Positions 19,914 through 24,000 of a stretch of DNA of 24,000 nt are shown piece by piece. The notes beneath the pieces are model-generated. The model did no database searches. It was not told where the DNA came from and saw nothing but the letters and a program-made list of their open reading frames with translations. The stretch lies in NCBI RefSeq assembly GCF_054903135.1, contig NZ_CM142803.1. One strand, 5' to 3'. Made by a program: the position numbers and the translations under genes. Each line of letters begins with the position of its first letter. Within the stretch, counting starts at the first letter, position 1.

Positions 19914-20788
19914 CCAAGACGTTACTTGACGGCCCCGGTCGCGTGCTGGAGTCGGTTTATCCCCGCTTTTTAGTGGATCTGGCGCAGGGCGATGATGCCC
20001 GCCTTCCACAAGCCCATCAGCAGCAGTTTCGTGAACGACTGATGCAGGAACTTCTTTCGCGTGTGCAGCTTCAGACATGGACGAACGGCGGCATGTTAAA
20101 TGCGCCGCTTAGCCTGCGACTGACAATGGTGGAAAAACTGGCGTCGATGCTGGATCCCGGTCATCTGGCGCTGACGCAGATCGCGCAGCATCTGGCGCTG
20201 CTGCAAAAAATGGATCACCGCCAGCACTCTGCTTTCCCGGAGCTCCCCCAGCAAATTGCCGCCTTGTATGAGTGGTTTTCAGCCCGTTGTCGCTGGAAGG
20301 AAAAGGCGTTAACGCAACGAGGCCTACTGGTGCAGGCAGGTGATCAGAGCGAGCAAATTTTTACCCGCTGGCGTGCTGGGGCGTATAACGCCTGGTCGTT
20401 GCCTGGGCGCTGTTTTATCGTTCTGGAGGAGTTGCGCTGGGGGGCATTTGGCGATGCCTGCCGTCTGGGAAGCCCGCAAGCGGTGGCGTTGTTGCTGGGT
20501 GATTTGCTCGAGAAAGCGACACAACATCTGGCAGAGAGTATCAATGCGGCCCCGATCACGCGTCACTATTACCATCAGTGGTTTGCCTCTTCGACCGTTC
20601 CGACGGGCGGGGATCATGCTGATTTTTTAAGTTGGCTGGGAAAGTGGACCACGGCAGATAAACAACCCGTTTGCTGGTCAGTGACCCAACGTTGGCAAAC
20701 TGTCGCGCTGGGGATGCCACGACTCTGTTCAGCGCAGCGTTTGGTGGGGGCAATGGTCGAGGAAATCTTCTCTGTAAATTTGGCGTAA
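19910..20788 (+). CDS. yjcZ: YjcZ family protein, translationally coupled to crfC, poorly characterised
   Basis: 292 aa; TTG start at 19910-19912 overlaps the crfC TGA (19911-19913). Matches recalled E. coli YjcZ. Confidence 0.9.
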   Translation: MTKTLLDGPGRVLESVYPRFLVDLAQGDDARLPQAHQQQFRERLMQELLSRVQLQTWTNGGMLNAPLSLRLTMVEKLASMLDPGHLALTQIAQHLALLQKMDHRQHSAFPELPQQIAALYEWFSARCRWKEKALTQRGLLVQAGDQSEQIFTRWRAGAYNAWSLPGRCFIVLEELRWGAFGDACRLGSPQAVALLLGDLLEKATQHLAESINAAPITRHYYHQWFASSTVPTGGDHADFLSWLGKWTTADKQPVCWSVTQRWQTVALGMPRLCSAQRLVGAMVEEIFSVNLA

Positions 20789-20827
20789 ATAATCAGTTAC
20801 ATCAATGAGTCCTAAACGAAATTCATG

Positions 20828-20843
20828 TGTGAAGTTGATCACA
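20828..20843 (+). promoter_or_regulatory. CRP-type site in the proP upstream region
   Basis: TGTGAAGTTGATCACA fits TGTGA-N6-TCACA; proP P1 is known to be CRP-regulated in E. coli. Confidence 0.75.
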
Positions 20844-21051
20844 AATTTAAACACTGGTAGGGTAAAAAGGTCATTAACTGCCCAATTCAGGCGTCAACTG
20901 GTTTGATTGTACATTCCTTAACCGGAGGGTGTAAGCAAACCCGCTACGCTTGTTACAGAGATTGCATCCTGCAATTCCCGCTCCCCTTTTGCGGCCGTCG
21001 CGCTGATTTTTCTGGCGTTTGCGGAAATGGGCCAACTCTGCGAGGAAAGCT

Positions 21052-22554
21052 ATGCTGAAAAGGAAAAAAGTAAAACCGATTACCCTTCGTGATGTCACCA
21101 TTATTGATGACGGTAAACTGCGTAAAGCCATTACCGCAGCATCACTGGGTAATGCAATGGAATGGTTTGATTTTGGTGTTTATGGTTTTGTTGCTTACGC
21201 ATTAGGTAAAGTTTTTTTCCCGGGGGCTGACCCCAGCGTGCAGATGGTTGCTGCACTTGCCACGTTCTCCGTTCCCTTTCTGATTCGACCGCTTGGCGGA
21301 CTCTTCTTTGGTATGTTGGGCGATAAATATGGTCGCCAGAAGATCCTCGCTATCACTATTGTGATTATGTCGATCAGTACGTTCTGTATTGGCTTAATAC
21401 CGTCCTACGACACGATTGGTATTTGGGCACCGATTCTGCTGTTGATCTGTAAGATGGCACAAGGTTTCTCGGTCGGCGGTGAATATACCGGGGCGTCGAT
21501 ATTTGTTGCGGAATACTCCCCTGACCGTAAACGTGGCTTTATGGGCAGCTGGCTGGACTTCGGTTCTATTGCCGGGTTTGTGCTGGGTGCGGGCGTGGTG
21601 GTGTTAATTTCGACCATTGTCGGCGAAGCGAACTTCCTCGACTGGGGCTGGCGTATTCCGTTCTTTATTGCTCTGCCGTTAGGGATTATCGGGCTTTACC
21701 TGCGCCATGCGCTGGAAGAAACTCCGGCGTTTCAGCAGCATGTTGATAAACTGGAACAGGGCGACCGCGAAGGTTTGCAGGATGGCCCGAAAGTCTCGTT
21801 TAAAGAGATTGCCACTAAATACTGGCGCAGCCTGTTGACATGTATTGGTCTGGTTATTGCCACCAACGTGACTTACTACATGTTGCTGACCTATATGCCG
21901 AGTTATTTGTCGCATAACCTGCATTACTCCGAAGACCACGGGGTGCTGATTATTATCGCCATTATGATCGGTATGCTGTTTGTCCAGCCGGTGATGGGCT
22001 TGCTGAGTGACCGTTTTGGCCGTCGTCCGTTTGTGCTACTTGGTAGTGTTGCCCTGTTTGTGTTGGCGATCCCGGCGTTTATTCTGATTAACAGTAACGT
22101 CATCGGTCTGATTTTTGCCGGGTTACTGATGCTGGCGGTGATCCTTAACTGCTTTACGGGCGTTATGGCTTCTACCTTGCCAGCGATGTTCCCGACGCAT
22201 ATCCGTTACAGCGCGCTGGCGGCGGCATTTAATATTTCGGTGCTGGTTGCCGGTCTGACGCCAACACTGGCGGCCTGGCTGGTCGAAAGCTCGCAGAATC
22301 TGATGATGCCTGCCTATTACCTGATGGTAGTGGCGGTGATTGGTTTAATCACCGGCGTAACCATGAAAGAGACGGCAAATCGTCCGTTGAAAGGTGCGAC
22401 ACCGGCGGCGTCAGATATACAGGAAGCGAAGGAAATTCTCGTCGAGCATTACGATAATATCGAGCAGAAAATCGATAATATTGACCACGAGATTGCCGAT
22501 TTGCAGGCGAAACGTACCCGCCTGGTGCAGCAACATCCGCGAATTGATGAATAA
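21052..22554 (+). CDS. proP: ProP, osmosensory proline/betaine:H+ symporter (MFS)
   Basis: 500 aa from MLKRKKVKPITLRDVTIIDDGKLRK; MFS loop DKYGRQK; C-terminal coiled coil EHYDNIEQKIDNIDHEIADLQAKRTRL. The track ORF adds 11 upstream codons. Confidence 0.96.
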   Translation: MLKRKKVKPITLRDVTIIDDGKLRKAITAASLGNAMEWFDFGVYGFVAYALGKVFFPGADPSVQMVAALATFSVPFLIRPLGGLFFGMLGDKYGRQKILAITIVIMSISTFCIGLIPSYDTIGIWAPILLLICKMAQGFSVGGEYTGASIFVAEYSPDRKRGFMGSWLDFGSIAGFVLGAGVVVLISTIVGEANFLDWGWRIPFFIALPLGIIGLYLRHALEETPAFQQHVDKLEQGDREGLQDGPKVSFKEIATKYWRSLLTCIGLVIATNVTYYMLLTYMPSYLSHNLHYSEDHGVLIIIAIMIGMLFVQPVMGLLSDRFGRRPFVLLGSVALFVLAIPAFILINSNVIGLIFAGLLMLAVILNCFTGVMASTLPAMFPTHIRYSALAAAFNISVLVAGLTPTLAAWLVESSQNLMMPAYYLMVVAVIGLITGVTMKETANRPLKGATPAASDIQEAKEILVEHYDNIEQKIDNIDHEIADLQAKRTRLVQQHPRIDE

Positions 22555-22566
22555 GCTGAAACGGAT

Positions 22567-22595
22567 GGCCTGATGTGACGCTGTCTTATCAGGCC
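22567..22595. repeat. REP-like short inverted repeat after proP
   Basis: GGCCTGAT-gtgacgctgtctt-ATCAGGCC, 8-bp perfect arms. Confidence 0.55.
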
Positions 22596-22604
22596 AATTG
22601 AACT

Positions 22605-22621
22605 CTTAAGGTTCACTTAAT
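22605..22621 (+). promoter_or_regulatory. PmrA (BasR) box upstream of pmrR
   Basis: CTTAAG-GTTCA-CTTAAT, two direct half-sites spaced by 5 bp; a -10-like CATACT lies at 22632-22637. Confidence 0.78.
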
Positions 22622-22665
22622 CTCTGACGCGCATACTCTCCTCCAGGTTAACGGAGGAGAGTGCA

Positions 22666-22755
22666 ATGAAAAACCGTGTTTATGAAAGTTTAACTACCGT
22701 GTTCAGCGTGCTGGTGGTCAGCAGCTTTCTTTATATCTGGTTTGCCACGTTCTGA
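22666..22755 (+). CDS. pmrR: PmrR-like 29-aa membrane peptide, LpxT inhibitor
   Basis: Unlisted small ORF MKNRVYESLTTVFSVLVVSSFLYIWFATF with strong SD (GGAGGAGAG) and an upstream PmrA box. Confidence 0.85.
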   Translation: MKNRVYESLTTVFSVLVVSSFLYIWFATF

Positions 22756-23822
22756 TCTTTCTTCAGCCGTACCCAGGCCCGCGTGCCGGAAGTCTCTTGC
22801 CGGTTTTGCAGGAAAAACTGCCCGTGATGCAACTGTGTAATGCGGCTGACAATACTTAACCCCAGACCAATCCCGCCATAACGGCTGTCCATACGTACAA
22901 ACGCTTTACTCAACTCCCCGCATTTACTCTCATCAATACCTGGTCCTTCATCTTCAACTGCCATGACCGCTCCGCCATCTTCTTGCAGCTTAATCATAAT
23001 GTTGCTGCCTTGCGGGCTGTAACGATGGGCGTTTTCTACCAGGTTTCGCAATAACATCCGCAGCAGGGTTGCATCACCCTGAACGGTGATGTCGGCGGCG
23101 CTCTCTGGCAATAGCAGGGTTTGCTGTCGCTGGTCGAGCATGGTACTGAGTTCGTCATACGAGGGGAGAATGACATCTTCCAGCAGTTTTACATGTTGAT
23201 AATTACCGGAAGAAAATGACTGTCCGGCACGCGCCAGTTGCAGCAGCTGGGAGACGCTCTCCATCATCTGATCAAGCCGTGCCACTAACGGTGCTACATC
23301 AATGTGATGCGTTTTCGCCAGCAGTTCCAGATGCAAACGCACCCCCGCCAGTGGCGTTCGCAGTTCGTGCGCGACGTCAGCGGTAAACAACCTTTCGTTA
23401 TCCAGCGTGCTGGTCAGGCGACTGACCAGATCGTTCAACGCCGAAACCACCGCTTCGATTTCGAGGGTGGCGCTGTGAATGGCAATGGGCGTTAAGTTGT
23501 CGGCGGTGCGCGCTTCCAGCTCTTTTTGCAGCTCCGCCAGCGGGCGGGTGATGCGGCGTACCGCCTGATAGCAGATAAATAGCGTCAGGCTGACCATAAA
23601 GACGCCGGGGACAATCAGGCTGGCGACCGCCTCGCGGATCTCACGCATGATGTGGCGATCGTTGTTGCGATTGTCGCGTAGCGCCTGCTCAAACAGCTGA
23701 ATCTGCTCGGTACTTTCATGCCATAGCCAGAAGACGCTGATCAGCTCAAACACCAACAAAATGGCCCCGATGGTCAATATCAGCCGTTGGCGCAGCGATA
23801 TTGGTCGGCGCAGAAAATGCAT
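22731..23822 (-). CDS. basS: BasS (PmrB) sensor histidine kinase
   Basis: 363 aa from MHFLRRPISLRQRLILT; two TM segments, HAMP, H-box FTADVAHELRTPLAG, N-box LLRNLVENAHRYSP, G-boxes DEGPGI and GGIGLGLSI. Confidence 0.95.
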   Translation of the reverse strand: MHFLRRPISLRQRLILTIGAILLVFELISVFWLWHESTEQIQLFEQALRDNRNNDRHIMREIREAVASLIVPGVFMVSLTLFICYQAVRRITRPLAELQKELEARTADNLTPIAIHSATLEIEAVVSALNDLVSRLTSTLDNERLFTADVAHELRTPLAGVRLHLELLAKTHHIDVAPLVARLDQMMESVSQLLQLARAGQSFSSGNYQHVKLLEDVILPSYDELSTMLDQRQQTLLLPESAADITVQGDATLLRMLLRNLVENAHRYSPQGSNIMIKLQEDGGAVMAVEDEGPGIDESKCGELSKAFVRMDSRYGGIGLGLSIVSRITQLHHGQFFLQNRQETSGTRAWVRLKKDQNVANQI

Positions 23823-23831
23823 CAGATTCAA

Positions 23832-24000
23832 TTAGTTTTCCTCATTCGCGACCAGCATATAGCCAAAGCCGCGCACGGTGCGGATACGGGCTTTGCCCAC
23901 TTTGCCGCGCAGATTGTGGATATGCACTTCCAGGGTGTTGGTCGAGGGTTCATTGTCCCAGTTATAGATGTCGTTGTAGAGAATTTCCCGATGCACCGGA
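23832..24000 (-). CDS. basR: BasR (PmrA) response regulator, C-terminal part cut by window edge
   Basis: Minus strand reads ...[46 protein letters not shown], an OmpR/PhoB-type DNA-binding C-terminus. Confidence 0.93.
   Translation of the reverse strand, partial: PVHREILYNDIYNWDNEPSTNTLEVHIHNLRGKVGKARIRTVRGFGYMLVANEEN

Noticed and set aside
21052-22554. ProP EHYDNIEQKIDNIDHEIADLQ tail as a possible novel fusion
   Set aside because: This coiled coil is a known feature of E. coli ProP and is part of osmosensing regulation.

Overview
This window is a core-genome segment of Escherichia coli or a very close relative, corresponding to the mdtO-mdtN-ytcA-yjcS / rpiB / yjdP / phn / crfC-yjcZ / proP / pmrR / basSR region. 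Gene names come from recalled protein families and E. coli synteny; no database search was run. From left to right it holds: 3' part of mdtO, mdtN, ytcA and yjcS (- strand); a decayed rpiB remnant where K-12 has the als/rpiR/rpiB locus; yjdP; the complete carbon-phosphorus lyase operon phnCDEFGHIJKLMNOP (- strand), with phnE in the open two-copy 8-mer form; yjdN; yjdM; the dynamin-like gene crfC overlapping yjcZ; proP; the small ORF pmrR; basS; and the 3' end of basR. I found no phage, IS, CRISPR or defence island, and nothing I would call a confidently new system. The best leads are: (1) a perfect hairpin that would hide the pmrR Shine-Dalgarno in read-through RNA but should be absent from RNA made at the PmrA-driven promoter; (2) the als/rpiR deletion scar with an in-frame internally deleted rpiB whose catalytic region is gone; (3) the intact phnE allele; (4) the coupled crfC/yjcZ pair, where the second protein is poorly characterised.
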